The notes under the pieces were generated by a model. That model saw nothing but the letters and a program-made list of their open reading frames with translations. It made no database searches and was not told the DNA's origin. From a virus (lineage: Duplodnaviria; Caudoviricetes), in IMG/VR virus record IMGVR_UViG_2667527676_000002, positions 1 through 64,000 of that record: 64,000 nucleotides of DNA; one strand, 5' to 3'. Shown in pieces: positions 10,101 through 19,969 of the stretch. Position numbers and translations under genes: made by a program. Every line of letters begins with the position of its first letter. The first letter of the stretch is position 1.

Positions 10101-10708
10101 CCGGGGAAGGTCGCGCCCAGCGGCGCGCTGATCGACAGGTCCAGCCGGCGCCGGGTGAAGTTCACGAAGTTGCCGTTGCCGTAGTCGTGGGCGAACTGTT
10201 CCAGCCGCGCCTCGACGTCGGTGATGCGGACATACTGCGAGCGCGACTCGAACACCAGCTGATAGACCTCGCCGATCTCGGGCAGCCGCTGTTCTTCGCG
10301 CTGCACGCAAGCGATGGCGCGCTGGCCCTGCAACTGGTTGCCCAGCAGTTCGAACGAGGCAGACACGGCCGGCACCACGAAGGACTCGATGGCGTTGCGC
10401 GCGTCGCGGCGCTCATCGGTCTGGCTGCCGGTGTTGAACAGCAGCACCGAGACACGCGGATCGGCCGGCGCCCGCGTGACGATGGCATGAGCGCCCAGGT
10501 ACGGCTCGGCGCTGTTCGAGCTGATGCCGGCGAAGGCCTTGCGCAGGTTGATCCGGCCGATGGTCCGGTCCAGGCGCGAGATATCGGGAAACAGGTTGTT
10601 GATCTCGCGATCCACCACGGCCTGCCCGGTGGCACGGCCGCCGCCGTCGTCCTCATCGGTGAGGCGCTGGGATTTCAGCAGCTTTACATCATCGACGGTG
10701 ATCGTCAT
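7157..10708 (-). CDS. Large tail tip protein (1183 aa)
   Basis: Repeated GTVDY/GTINY beta motifs; follows tape measure and distal tail genes. Confidence 0.8.
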   Translation of the reverse strand: MTITVDDVKLLKSQRLTDEDDGGGRATGQAVVDREINNLFPDISRLDRTIGRINLRKAFAGISSNSAEPYLGAHAIVTRAPADPRVSVLLFNTGSQTDERRDARNAIESFVVPAVSASFELLGNQLQGQRAIACVQREEQRLPEIGEVYQLVFESRSQYVRITDVEARLEQFAHDYGNGNFVNFTRRRLDLSISAPLGATFPGGQVTPGGTTSPKSQVLSTQVADAARYYGISPLAEAVSRGALSLRVKSVYSQLVPSTTRENALVDQLAGYQRRLFAAAGPARTVNLNVANIGSGRSRTFLGTGCAPGSLSLSAGGGVFADDRKGGLRYISGSNWIASGTVDYESGAIEMAASGSGWSGTASATYQPAAAATGEAVTGEIPIELGNRGFVYTLSLSEAPPQPGTLVVSFLALGKWQEIRDQGNGELAGEGTGTVDFATGSVSITLSALPDVGSSLIYAYVGQNDAALTQRTGTSVQARARINRTLPHQGLLPGSYKATFKVGGVERTVLDSGNGSLSGTGGSGQINYADGKVSMELSATPDAGSGIVHTYQQGSVTDSPLAVTSDSTGMCIGTLPGAPLKAGSVRLSWITKRRQAAPTLGADMGTGALPIFESEITVDNSVTDDAAGGWAGRAGTINYETGEFSLKVAGNYVFKEYTYYTDTVDNFGMKKLRLVATDTTLLEGFGGTLSVRAQSRGVEYGEQTDSQTVAPVTLDLLPGVAEPILPGSLVFTWAGEVYVDRSGVLYKNINSSTNAGIAVGSVDYAGRTATLNTYGSGAAPTVTLLACLTTNAGFSVTSMTFRTPGAPLRSASLQVTAVRLDTAQIVTTTADANGKLNGAVIKGSVDIVTGIVRLRFTSNLEDTTGASDIPVIPLLLRYNAVVFTSLPLDATLLGLDPVRLPADGRVPVFREGDVMVVAHTAETTLPSPQAGGVLQLGRDQQAEIKVVDANAVELASAGYSVDLERGRVTWANPLVLQDAEGNPLTLPLVVRDRVEHMTLCTEVQVNGELGISSPLPWDLPAGETLASSALSWGDLQARLHHWFTQRTWDIGSPNWTDEPKGDGTTANYNSLAYPPLIANRGAIDAKWALVFNSSTSFSVVEEKLGVIANGTTTTDTAPINPETNTPYFTIRKEGWGSGWAAGNAVRFNTDSCLGPMWIVRTVLSGKGTVEDDEFHLQIRGDAD

Positions 10709-10723
10709 GGAACACTCCAGCCA

Positions 10724-10750
10724 GAAAAGAAAACCCCGCCGAGGCGGGGT
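10724..10750 (-). terminator. Intrinsic terminator-like hairpin
   Basis: ACCCCGC-N4-GCGGGGT followed by a T-run on the minus strand. Confidence 0.6.
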
Positions 10751-10756
10751 GTGGGA

Positions 10757-11167
10757 TCAAGGGTCGGGGGTGGGCGGTGCCGAGGGCGGCGCTACGGTGA
10801 GCAGTCGCAACGTCACCAGGTAGTCGGCGTCCGGACCGGGGTTGACCTCGCGGAACAGCGGTTCGGCTTCCAGCGGCGCCCCGTCGGCGCGGTTGAAGAT
10901 CACCGAGAATTCGCGGCCGTCTGGCAGCACTAGCGGCATGACCCGCAGGCGCTGGTCGCGCAGCACCTCCAACTGCCGCACGACCCACAGCGGCGTCCAT
11001 ACCCCTCCCCCGGAACGCAGTGTGATCGGGCGTCCATGCAGCTTGGTGCCTTCCTGCACCAACAGCGCGCCGGTCAGGGAGCGTTCCTGCTCTTGTGCCA
11101 CCGCATCCCAGGTGAACTCGTCCACCCACTCGAACTGGTCGCCCAGTTCCACCGCATCGAGCCTCAT
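10757..11167 (-). CDS. Distal tail-like protein
   Basis: 136 aa directly after the tape measure; WVDEFTW...GRPITL. Confidence 0.7.
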   Translation of the reverse strand: MRLDAVELGDQFEWVDEFTWDAVAQEQERSLTGALLVQEGTKLHGRPITLRSGGGVWTPLWVVRQLEVLRDQRLRVMPLVLPDGREFSVIFNRADGAPLEAEPLFREVNPGPDADYLVTLRLLTVAPPSAPPTPDP

Positions 11168-14100
11168 CGGCCGGTCCTCATGCTGGCCTGCTCGAGCACG
11201 CCGAGCAGGTTGGTTTCGTCCTGTTCGCTGGCCACCGCCACGTCAACGGCTCCCCGCGGCGTCTCGAAACGAACGACCCGGGGCGGAGGACTCGACACCG
11301 GCGACGAGGCAGGCGGCGCCGCCGCGGCCTTGGCGGCGCTCTGCTCGTCCACCCGCTTCTGCTGCTCCTCTCGCTGCCGCTTGGCATCCGTCTCGGCCTG
11401 GATCTGCTGCAGGGTGGCCAGCGCCGTCATCAGGTTCTGCACCGCGTTCATGTCGCCGCTGCCCTGGGCCTCGGCCAGTTGCTGCTGCAACTCGGCGCGG
11501 CGGCTGTTGAACCGGCTGCGATCCACGGCTTCCTGCTCGCCGCGCAGCCCCGCCAGTTCCTCGCGCAGGCTGACCAGCGTCGACTTCGAGCCTTCCTTGA
11601 GCTGCTGGATCTTCTGATTGGCCGCCTCGATTGCGCTCTCCAGTTGCCGCATGTCCGAATCGTTCAGCAGGCTGAGGCCATTTCGAGCGCCCTTGGCCGC
11701 CGACACGAAGTCGCCCAGCTTCATGGTCCCGCGCTCGTAGTCGTCCATCAGGCTCTGCAGGCTGCGCTTCTGCTCCAGGTACGCCGCCTGGATCTCCAGG
11801 CTGGCTCGCTGGGTATCCATCGCCCAGCGCCCGAAACCGCTCATGCCCACACCCGACTCGGCCTTGATCCGGGCCAGTTGCTCGCTGACCTTGGCCAGCG
11901 AGCGCGACGTGGCGTCCAGGCTGCTGGTGTCGATGCTGAGATCGACGGTGGAGATCCCACGCATCGCGTCGAAGGCGTTCAGCGCTTCCTGGCTCAACTG
12001 CGCAACGCCCTGCCGCGCGGTGCTCAACACCCCACCGAAGAACCCTTCGAAGGCGCCCATGTCGTCCTTCGTCGACGCTACTCCCTTGCGGGTCGCTTCC
12101 ATCGATTCGCCAATGGCCTTGCGCTGGTCCGAGAGCGATTTGGCCGCCTTGTCCGAGGACTCCGCGACCGCCTGCATACCCTTGGCGCCCTCCTCGCCGG
12201 CCGCCTTCAGTTCCTTGATCTTGGCGGACAGCTTGGTCTGCTCCTGGTTGAACTCCCGCGCGCTGATCGTGCCGTCGTTGTACAGCCGGCCGAGCGCCGT
12301 CCGGATGTTCTGGATATCGACCGTGGTCTTCGCGCTGCTGATCGCGTCTTGGACCTGCTTCAGGTTCTCCAGGCCGGTGCTGAGGTCAGACACCCCCAGG
12401 GCGGCGCCGCTGGCGATCGACTTCAGTTCGGTCAGCTTCGCGTTGAGGACACTGGCGCCGTTCGCATACTCCTGCTGGCTCAGCGTGCCGGCCTGGTAGG
12501 CCTTGAGCATTTCCCCCTGCAGGGCGGTCAGTTGCTCGGTGGTCTTGGCCGCGCTGATCTGGTCCAGGGCATTCTGCAGGCTGGTCACCGCCTGCACCGA
12601 CTCGGCGGCCGCGTTCTTCGCACCCGCCTTCAGGTCGGTGAAGGTGTCGGTGATCGCCTGGCTCTGCTGCTGTGCGGCGGAGGCGATGGCCGTGGTGCTG
12701 GTGTCCCAGGCATCCGCGATATCCTGCGCGTCCTGCTGGATCTGCTGGCGAAAACCCTCGCTCATGCTGCTGAGCAGGTCGTGGACGCCGGCGACGGAAC
12801 TGCGGATGCGCTCTCCACCCAGCGCCGCCGGTATCTTCTCCGCCACCTTCTCGATGCCGGCGACCATCAGCGACAGGGTGCCGGTCCAGGCCAGAGCGAT
12901 AGCGCTGATGCCCGAGGTGACACCGTTGAACAACGTCCGGAACGGCGCGATGAACAGTTGCACCCGCGAGGCCATGTCGTCCAGCTGGGTGCTGAAGCTG
13001 CTAAGCCAGGCCGAGGTCTTGTCGATCAGGGTGCCGAAATCGACGTCGGCCAGGCGCTTGATGAAACGCTCGACCCATTCCGAGCCCTGGACGAAGGCAT
13101 CCGACAACCCCTTGGCCAGCGTGTCGAGGCGCCCGTCCTGGTCCATCTGCGCGATGGTATCGCCCAGTTCCTTCAGCTTGTTCTTGACGTGGTCCAGCGC
13201 GCCAGCGTTGGCAATGCGGTTGAGAAAGTCGGCCGCAGTGTCGCCGAGGTTGCTGACCAGACCGGTCAGGGTGCTCATGGCCTTCGCAGCGGCCCCTTCG
13301 GAGCTGCGCCCCATTTCGTCGACCAGCGCCTTGATGACGTCCCGGCCAAGCTTGCCCTTGCTCGCCAGATCCTGCAGCTGCGCGGCATTCTTGCCGGTGA
13401 CCTTGGCCAGCATGTCCCACACCGGCACTCCACGCTCGACCAGTTGCAGGATCTCCTCGGTCTGCAGCTTCTGCTTCGCCCAGGCCTGGCCGACTGCCGT
13501 CGTGATGCCCTCCAGGCGCTCCATGCCACCGCCCAGCTTCTCCGACTGGTCCTCGATCGCTTTCAGCGACCCATCCATCGGGTCCAGGCCGTAGGCCTTC
13601 AGCAGCGCGAAGGCGTCGGTGACGTCGCCCAACTGAAGCGGCGTGTCCTTGGCAAAGGTCTTGATCCAGGCGGTTGCCCGCTCCCCCCCGGCAACCGAGC
13701 CCATCAGCGACGTAAGCCGGTTCTGCAGGTTCTCGAACTGGTCGCCGGTGGTCAGCATCGAGACGATGCCATCACGCACGAGGCCGATTCCACTGCGCAC
13801 CAGGTTCAGCGCCGCCTGGATGCCGACGAAGGCCGCGGCGTAAGCGGCTGCCTGGCGAACGCCGGACGACATGGCCTCGCGCAGCGCCGTCACGCGCGAG
13901 GTGTGGCCAGCAGCCTCCCGCGCCGCTCGCATCTGCGCACGTTCCAGCTCGCGGATCTCGCGGCTGTTCTGCGCGATGCTCTCGCGGGTGTTGTCGACCA
14001 CCGACGCCAGCCGCCGCTCCTCGTTGGCAAGCTGCCCGGTATCCACGCCCGCCGCCCGCGCCGCACGTTGTTGCTCAGCGTGCCGAGCAGTCAGTTGGTC

Positions 14101-14436
14101 AAGGGTCCGACGCAGACCCGCTGCGTCACGCTCCGCGATCTGCAGGGACACGGCCAGGCCCCGGCTCCCGGGGTTGCGGTCCAACGCCTCCCGCAGGTCC
14201 GCAATGGTACGGTCCACCCGCTGCACCGACGTCTGCGTCTGCGCAATGGCGCGCTCGGTAGTTCCGAGCGCGGTCACCAGGCCGCGGGCACCCTTCGCAT
14301 CGTCCAACTGCCGGTTCAGGTTCGCCGCCGTGGTGCGCAGCCCTTCCAGCGCCTCGGTCGACTGCTGGGCGGCGGGCGACAGTTCGTCCCGGCCGCGAAG
14401 AACGAACTGGATCAGGCGCTGCATTGGGCTCGCCAT
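11164..14436 (-). CDS. Tail tape measure protein
   Basis: 1090 aa helical protein with tape_meas domain ([31 protein letters not shown]). Confidence 0.93.
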   Translation of the reverse strand: MASPMQRLIQFVLRGRDELSPAAQQSTEALEGLRTTAANLNRQLDDAKGARGLVTALGTTERAIAQTQTSVQRVDRTIADLREALDRNPGSRGLAVSLQIAERDAAGLRRTLDQLTARHAEQQRAARAAGVDTGQLANEERRLASVVDNTRESIAQNSREIRELERAQMRAAREAAGHTSRVTALREAMSSGVRQAAAYAAAFVGIQAALNLVRSGIGLVRDGIVSMLTTGDQFENLQNRLTSLMGSVAGGERATAWIKTFAKDTPLQLGDVTDAFALLKAYGLDPMDGSLKAIEDQSEKLGGGMERLEGITTAVGQAWAKQKLQTEEILQLVERGVPVWDMLAKVTGKNAAQLQDLASKGKLGRDVIKALVDEMGRSSEGAAAKAMSTLTGLVSNLGDTAADFLNRIANAGALDHVKNKLKELGDTIAQMDQDGRLDTLAKGLSDAFVQGSEWVERFIKRLADVDFGTLIDKTSAWLSSFSTQLDDMASRVQLFIAPFRTLFNGVTSGISAIALAWTGTLSLMVAGIEKVAEKIPAALGGERIRSSVAGVHDLLSSMSEGFRQQIQQDAQDIADAWDTSTTAIASAAQQQSQAITDTFTDLKAGAKNAAAESVQAVTSLQNALDQISAAKTTEQLTALQGEMLKAYQAGTLSQQEYANGASVLNAKLTELKSIASGAALGVSDLSTGLENLKQVQDAISSAKTTVDIQNIRTALGRLYNDGTISAREFNQEQTKLSAKIKELKAAGEEGAKGMQAVAESSDKAAKSLSDQRKAIGESMEATRKGVASTKDDMGAFEGFFGGVLSTARQGVAQLSQEALNAFDAMRGISTVDLSIDTSSLDATSRSLAKVSEQLARIKAESGVGMSGFGRWAMDTQRASLEIQAAYLEQKRSLQSLMDDYERGTMKLGDFVSAAKGARNGLSLLNDSDMRQLESAIEAANQKIQQLKEGSKSTLVSLREELAGLRGEQEAVDRSRFNSRRAELQQQLAEAQGSGDMNAVQNLMTALATLQQIQAETDAKRQREEQQKRVDEQSAAKAAAAPPASSPVSSPPPRVVRFETPRGAVDVAVASEQDETNLLGVLEQASMRTGR

Positions 14437-14453
14437 AAGAATCTCCGGACAAT

Positions 14454-14478
14454 AAAAACCCCGCCATATGGCGGGTTA
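14454..14478 (-). terminator. Intrinsic terminator-like hairpin upstream of the tape measure gene
   Basis: CCCGCC-ATAT-GGCGGG followed by TTTTT on the minus strand. Confidence 0.55.
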
Positions 14479-14602
14479 AGATCAGAACTGGCTATTACTA
14501 GCTAACTCTCTTGAGCCACAAAAAATTACGCCCCACTAAAAGTCTCTGAATGACACAACTTCGTCCCAACAGAGAAACCAAGAACGTACTTACAAACCAT
14601 TT

Positions 14603-14636
14603 AAAAGAGCCTCCAGCATGGAAATACTGGAGGCTC
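14603..14636 (-). terminator. Terminator of the lectin moron
   Basis: GAGCCTCCAG...CTGGAGGCTC inverted repeat followed by TTTT on the minus strand. Confidence 0.7.
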
Positions 14637-14652
14637 TATAAAGGCTAATTTT

Positions 14653-15093
14653 TTAGAAGTCGGCCTTCGCGAACGAGAGTCGCTGCGGGATCCATTGCTG
14701 AGCCTGCGAACCGTTGAACTCGTAGAGCCAGATCGGGTTGCCGTCTTTAGTTACACGATTCTGGTTGTCGATACAGAGCCCCGGTTCGGGGACGCTCAAG
14801 ATGTAGAGCGGTTTCGTCACCATATCGAAGCGTTGGCTCTTCGAACTCGAATTCACGACAGCCAGCGTCAGGATATTCTGTGGCGAAACCTTCCCACCCT
14901 GCGGGTCAATCGCCAACTGGCCGCCGCTTGAGTTCAGGGTGATCACCCCTGTGTCCTGATCGACATCCCAAAGGATGAAGCGATATGGCGTGCCTTGCGC
15001 TTTCCGCAGTACGACTTTGGCGCCGGACTGCTCATCGGAAACACCCAGCACATAATCCTTATCTTGTGCATATTGGAACAGATAAGTACCCAT
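14653..15093 (-). CDS. Ricin B-type (beta-trefoil) lectin moron
   Basis: QxW/QxF repeats (SKSQRF, LCID...NGSQAQQW); AAGGAG RBS; AT-rich flanks; no signal peptide. Confidence 0.75.
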   Translation of the reverse strand: MGTYLFQYAQDKDYVLGVSDEQSGAKVVLRKAQGTPYRFILWDVDQDTGVITLNSSGGQLAIDPQGGKVSPQNILTLAVVNSSSKSQRFDMVTKPLYILSVPEPGLCIDNQNRVTKDGNPIWLYEFNGSQAQQWIPQRLSFAKADF

Positions 15094-15325
15094 TTGCGAT
15101 GCTCCTTGCATAGCGAATAGTTATTAGCCCTACACTCGACAGGCAGGACCACCGAGCCGTTTCCAGGCTCGCAGAACTAAACCTAGCCAAATATAAATAA
15201 GACACCCCTACCAGAAATATGGGGGTTAACACCAAATAACAGCAATACCTGGGCACCCTATTTATATTCGCAATATTGGAGAGACTTTATATTACCTCTC
15301 TAAAAGTAACTTTTTATTTCCATTC

Positions 15326-16072
15326 TTATCCTGCTAGATCCATCTGGCAGAACTTGGAAATGTCGGTCGCGGTCACCCGCGAATCTGCGAGCAGTTCCGC
15401 CGGGCCGGTGAGCTTGGCGTATTCCTGGCCCAGCACCGCCAGTTCCTGCAGGAGGCCGAACTTGACGCGGCGAGGACGCAGCGCGAATGGCTCGCCCGAC
15501 TGCGCGTCGTTCAGGCCAGCGATGAACAGCTCCAGCTCCTTCTGCGAGCCGTTGAGCATATGCACCGCCCGGCTCGGGCGCGGCGTGTAGCTGACCTTGA
15601 TGCCGGTTGCATCGATCTTGCCGCCGCTCAGCACCTGGATGCCGTGAGGTACCAGCAGGTAGTCCGTGCCCGGGGCCACCTCGACGTCCCCCGCGGTCTT
15701 CACCGTCACGGGCTTGGTCAGGTCCGGCAGGTACTTGAACGGGATCAACTCCAGCGCAACCCCCTGAGAGGTATGCGCCTCGTCGGTGATCGCGGCGGTG
15801 GGCGCCACCTGGATGGTGGAGCGCGTCACCAGGGCGACATTCTCGGCGGTCAGGTCGAACATTCCGATGGAGGACGTCACGTCGGTGACGCGCTCGCGGA
15901 CGTTGCTGTTGCCGCCGCCTCCCATGTAGTTGGGCAGCGTCTTGCGGTCGGTGGCGAAGCTGATGTTGAAGGTGTCGCAGTTGCCGAGCGGCAGGAACGG
16001 TTCCTGCGATCCGTGCAGGCGGGCATGGATGATGCCCTCGCCGATGAACGAGCGGTCGATGGTCTGGAGCAT
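15326..16072 (-). CDS. Major tail (tube) protein
   Basis: 248 aa; size and position between tail terminator and tape measure. Confidence 0.75.
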   Translation of the reverse strand: MLQTIDRSFIGEGIIHARLHGSQEPFLPLGNCDTFNISFATDRKTLPNYMGGGGNSNVRERVTDVTSSIGMFDLTAENVALVTRSTIQVAPTAAITDEAHTSQGVALELIPFKYLPDLTKPVTVKTAGDVEVAPGTDYLLVPHGIQVLSGGKIDATGIKVSYTPRPSRAVHMLNGSQKELELFIAGLNDAQSGEPFALRPRRVKFGLLQELAVLGQEYAKLTGPAELLADSRVTATDISKFCQMDLAG

Positions 16073-16099
16073 GGGGCTCTCCTGATGGGTTCGGGTGGG

Positions 16100-16300
16100 T
16101 TACTTCTGGTCGCCGCCGGTCGGCTCGGCGGTGGCTGCCGGAATCGGCGCCTTGGCCTTGGCCTCGGTGGCGTAGCCCTTGCCCAGGGCATGGGCAGCTA
16201 CGGCGGCGGTAACGCTGATGGCGCCCTTCGACGCCGGGTAGTGGGTCGCGTCGAGCCCCTCGCGGTAGTTGAACGGCCTGGTAACGATGATCTCGGGCAT
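16100..16300 (-). CDS. Small hypothetical protein (66 aa)
   Basis: MPEIIVTRPFNY...; GGAGG RBS. Confidence 0.65.
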   Translation of the reverse strand: MPEIIVTRPFNYREGLDATHYPASKGAISVTAAVAAHALGKGYATEAKAKAPIPAATAEPTGGDQK

Positions 16301-16350
16301 GGAGCCCTCCGGAAATGTAGAGGCCGCCCGGAGGCGGCCTGGTGGATGGG

Positions 16351-16788
16351 TTACAACTGCTGCGAGTAGCTGACCTGCAGAGGGATGGCTCGATAGGCCC
16401 AGCGCCGGCCGGGCTCGGGCAGGCGCACAGCGGATGCCGGAAAATCGACACGGACCAGGCCGGGTACCGTCAGCCCGGCCTTGTGGCCCTTGAGCACCCG
16501 CTTGATCGCCAGGCGCGCCTCGCGCAACGCCTGGGCGGCGTCCCTGCCGCGCGCCATCGGGACGATGTTCACGGTCCACTCCTCCACGACACTGCCCGGC
16601 GACCGGTCTCGTTCCACGGTGTCCCCTTCCTGCAGGATGATCAGCCGTTCGGGCTCGTCGCTGTCCTCGGCGTCGAGCACCCCGGCCACCCAGTCCTCAC
16701 GGACGGCGTCGCCGAACGCCGGTACCGCGGCCAGCAGGTCCAGCAGTTGGCCGATGACCGCGGTCTGTACATCGATCACGTCGCTCAT
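16351..16788 (-). CDS. Tail terminator-like protein
   Basis: 145 aa, synteny. Confidence 0.6.
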   Translation of the reverse strand: MSDVIDVQTAVIGQLLDLLAAVPAFGDAVREDWVAGVLDAEDSDEPERLIILQEGDTVERDRSPGSVVEEWTVNIVPMARGRDAAQALREARLAIKRVLKGHKAGLTVPGLVRVDFPASAVRLPEPGRRWAYRAIPLQVSYSQQL

Positions 16789-17096
16789 TCGGGCACCACG
16801 TAGAAAGTGATCCAGTCGCCGTCGTCGGCATGGATGCCGTCGATGCGCCAGACCTGGCCATCGGAATCGAGGAACGCCCCCTTTCGATCAAGGGGCTGCA
16901 ACACGGCCTTGCGGCACGCAATGGTGCGGTACCGATCCAGGGCGCCGGCCTCCATGCGCTCAACACCTTCCTCAACGATCACCGCAGCATTGCCGACCTG
17001 CCGACCGGTGCGGTCTAGGTAGCCAAATTCACCATCGCCGAGGACGTCGGCGATGATCTCGTCCATGTCGGCGACCAGTTCAGAGAAACCCGCCAC
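16785..17096 (-). CDS. Head-tail joining (FII-like) protein
   Basis: GTG start right after the capsid stop; WRIDGI..DDG beta-barrel pattern. Confidence 0.65.
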   Translation of the reverse strand: MAGFSELVADMDEIIADVLGDGEFGYLDRTGRQVGNAAVIVEEGVERMEAGALDRYRTIACRKAVLQPLDRKGAFLDSDGQVWRIDGIHADDGDWITFYVVPE

Positions 17097-17098
17097 GG

Positions 17099-18097
17099 TC
17101 AGAGGGTCAGTTCGCGCACCGCCAACGGGCGGGTGCACAGGTGCAGCGGGTTCGATTGCGCTTCCCCAGCCACGCCTTTGTCGAAGGGCAGACGCTCAAG
17201 CTTGGCGTAGTACGGCAGGCCTTCGGTGTTGACGACCTCCATGTAGTCCGCCGGCGCAAAGGCGCTGATGAAGAGGTCCGGAACCCCCTCCGGGACCAGT
17301 TGGGCACTGCCATCGTCCACGAACGGCTCCCCGTCATGCTTGCCGCGATAGCGATCCCAGACCACGCCGCCGAACTCGAACGACTGGCGACGGTCACCCC
17401 GCAGTTGCGCCGCCTGCAGGGTGTTCAGGTAAGTGCCGCGCACTTTGGGGTGATCAATGAGCTTGGCCCAGAAGTTCTTGCCACAGAACGCTCGCGAACC
17501 GGTGCTGGTGACGTTGCCCAGCGCGTCGTCCTGCTCGTCGAGCAGGTCGGCCAGAATGCCGCTCAGATCACCCTCGGGGTTACCCAGTTCGAGCGATCGC
17601 GGCTTGGGCTTCCTCAGTCCGAAGGCCTGGTAGATATCCAGCAGTACCGTCGAACCGTCGGCATCGAGAATCTTGCCCTTGATGGCGCCGATGCGCTGAT
17701 ACTCGTGGGTCAGGTCCAACTGGCGGCGCGCTTTTTCCAGGCGCTTGGCCACGACCGCCTCGGCGGACTGCAGCTCGGTCCGGCTACCCACCGCACGGAT
17801 GCCCTGGATTTCATCGGCGAGGATCTGGAACGTCTGCGGCAGGTGAACGGTGTTGAAGGGGACCAGTTGACGCTTGTCACCGGTCACGACCTGGCCTACG
17901 CCGCCGCGGGCTTTCGCCTCCACCAGTTGCAGCGTGGTGCCGTCCTTTTCGATCTGCACCACCAGCGAGGACACACCCTGTTCCTCGAACAGGCCCAGCG
18001 CGGCGAGTTGCCCCGGCACCGGGTGATCGGTGTTGATCACCGCCAGCAGCGCCTCCACCGAGAACGCCTCATCTTCGAAAATGCTGATTTCAGCCAT
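17099..18097 (-). CDS. Major capsid protein (lambda E family)
   Basis: MAEISIFEDEAFS..., C-terminal EAQSNPLHLCTRP. Confidence 0.9.
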   Translation of the reverse strand: MAEISIFEDEAFSVEALLAVINTDHPVPGQLAALGLFEEQGVSSLVVQIEKDGTTLQLVEAKARGGVGQVVTGDKRQLVPFNTVHLPQTFQILADEIQGIRAVGSRTELQSAEAVVAKRLEKARRQLDLTHEYQRIGAIKGKILDADGSTVLLDIYQAFGLRKPKPRSLELGNPEGDLSGILADLLDEQDDALGNVTSTGSRAFCGKNFWAKLIDHPKVRGTYLNTLQAAQLRGDRRQSFEFGGVVWDRYRGKHDGEPFVDDGSAQLVPEGVPDLFISAFAPADYMEVVNTEGLPYYAKLERLPFDKGVAGEAQSNPLHLCTRPLAVRELTL

Positions 18098-18164
18098 GTG
18101 AATACTCCAGAAATGAAAAACCCCGCGCAGGCGGGGCTTGAGGTGGTTGAGGGACGGAGGAGGA

Positions 18165-18800
18165 TCAGGTGCGAAGGATGAGGCCCAGCGCCTTGAGGTC
18201 GGCCTCACCGGCAGCATCCAGGCCGGTCAGCAGGCTGGCGATCACTTCGGCATCACGGACCACGGCCACCGCCTTGACGTCGGTATCCGTGGCATCCACT
18301 GGTCCGAACAGAATTCCGCCAGCCGCACGACGGCCGTCATCGGCACCGTCGTCGTCGTAGGGCGTCCACTCGCCGAGCCCTGCCAGCACCTGCAGGTTGA
18401 AGCGATCACCCACCACGAAGTCGGTGGCCCCGTCGGAAAGGGTGAAGCCGATTCCGCCGCCGGTGAACGCCTGGCCGACTTGACCAGTGCCCACCTGGCG
18501 TCCCTGCGGGTCGACCACCTCGAACTTGCCGCCATTGGCTCCGGCCTCGGTGATTTCCAGCACGTAGGTGCCGCTGATGGCGGCGCTGGTCACCACGGTG
18601 GCACCGACAGTGCCGTCACCGGTGTTCCCTGCCGCCGCGGTCGCGCTCAGCGCATTGGCGGCGGTGATGGGGGCGATCAAGGTACCCGCCACCAGCCGGC
18701 CGGAGCCGGCGGTGATGACGATGTTTTCGCGGCTGCGCGAGCCGTTGGCCTCCGACAGGAGGAACTCTCCGGCGTGAACGCCTTCGGTCTTGATGGTCAT
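18165..18800 (-). CDS. Head decoration protein (lambda D-like) with internal insertion
   Basis: EFLLSEANGSRSRE N-terminus and AVVRDAEV...LGLILR C-terminus. Confidence 0.8.
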   Translation of the reverse strand: MTIKTEGVHAGEFLLSEANGSRSRENIVITAGSGRLVAGTLIAPITAANALSATAAAGNTGDGTVGATVVTSAAISGTYVLEITEAGANGGKFEVVDPQGRQVGTGQVGQAFTGGGIGFTLSDGATDFVVGDRFNLQVLAGLGEWTPYDDDGADDGRRAAGGILFGPVDATDTDVKAVAVVRDAEVIASLLTGLDAAGEADLKALGLILRT

Positions 18801-19969
18801 GCTTGCTTTCCTCCTTTCGAGGCATTGAGCCGGCGCTTCGCGTACACGTCGCTCGGCGCCGGGGGTTGGTAAGCCTTGTTCTGCGGCTGATCGTCCGTCG
18901 GTACGCGGTTGTCGATCTCCACCTGGGTGCTGCGCGCTACGATCTTGTCGTACAGCCGCAGGCGGGCGCCGTCGGCATCCAGGCCCTCCTCGATGAGCGC
19001 CTTGGCCTCATCGGGCATTTTCGCGACGAGGCATACCGACCGGACGGCCTTCGCCCGGTCCAAGGCCGCGCGCGCAGTCTCGCGATCTTTCAGGCCCGAG
19101 GCCTTGATCAGATACGCCGCGCAGTCGGCCAGACCGGCCTGGGCGCAGTCCGCCGTCAGCTCCGCAGCCAGTTCGGCCGACGTCGGGGCGGGGTCACCCG
19201 CCGGCTCCTGGCTAGCCAGCAGCCGGCGCGCCGCGTCAGGCGTGTTGCGATAGCGATTCAGCACCTTGCCCAGGCGTGCGTTCACGCCGACCGGCTCGGC
19301 CGCGCCGAGCACCTCGTCCACGAACCCCTTGTCCTTCGCCTCGGGTGCGGTGAGCCAGGTTTCGTCGTCGATCATCCGGCGCAGCTCGGCGTCATCGACA
19401 TTCAGCGGCCGATGCTGGTAGCTCGCCACGATGCCCTCGAACGCCTGGTCCATCATGTCGGCGACCTTGCGCAGGTCTTCGCTGTCGCCTGCCGCGAGGG
19501 TCCAGGGGTTGTGGATCATGAACAGCGCGTTGTCGGCCATTTCGACCCGGTGTGCACCGCAGGCCGCGACACTGCCCGCGCTGAAGCAGGCCCCGTCGAT
19601 CCGGGCGGTGCAGCGCTCGCCCAGGGCCCGGAGCGCGTTGTGGATGGCGATGCCGTCGAAGAGGTCACCGCCGATGGTGTCGAAGTGGACCAGTACCGGA
19701 GAGGTGCCGTCGTCGACTGCTTTCAGGTCGCGGATGAAATCCGCGGAGGTGATGCCCCAAAAGCCGATTTCGCCGTAGATGTAGATCTCGATGGAGGCGG
19801 CCGAGCCGGTACCCTCAGCGCTCAGCGCCTTGACGCTGTACCAGTGCTCGGCCTGCAGATCCGGCGCGCCCTGCGCCTTGTTCTGGATGCGCGGATTGGC
19901 GAGCGTGCCAACGCCCAGCAGCGCCCACAGGGCGGCCAGCGCCAGGGGCTGTTCATTGCGTTTCTTCAT
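18797..19969 (-). CDS. ClpP-type prohead protease/scaffold
   Basis: IYIYGEIG, GGDLFDGIAIHNAL, SAGSV, MIHNPW, ETWLTA. Confidence 0.92.
   Translation of the reverse strand: MKKRNEQPLALAALWALLGVGTLANPRIQNKAQGAPDLQAEHWYSVKALSAEGTGSAASIEIYIYGEIGFWGITSADFIRDLKAVDDGTSPVLVHFDTIGGDLFDGIAIHNALRALGERCTARIDGACFSAGSVAACGAHRVEMADNALFMIHNPWTLAAGDSEDLRKVADMMDQAFEGIVASYQHRPLNVDDAELRRMIDDETWLTAPEAKDKGFVDEVLGAAEPVGVNARLGKVLNRYRNTPDAARRLLASQEPAGDPAPTSAELAAELTADCAQAGLADCAAYLIKASGLKDRETARAALDRAKAVRSVCLVAKMPDEAKALIEEGLDADGARLRLYDKIVARSTQVEIDNRVPTDDQPQNKAYQPPAPSDVYAKRRLNASKGGKQA

Noticed and set aside
7115-14505. Very long plus-strand ORFs (611, 623 and 1008 aa)
   Set aside because: Antisense shadows of GC-rich tail genes; no RBS or protein motifs
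15206-15225. las/rhl-box-like CCCTACCAGAAATATGGGGG upstream of the lectin gene
   Set aside because: Only one half-site resembles known boxes; the conserved CT-N12-AG is not met
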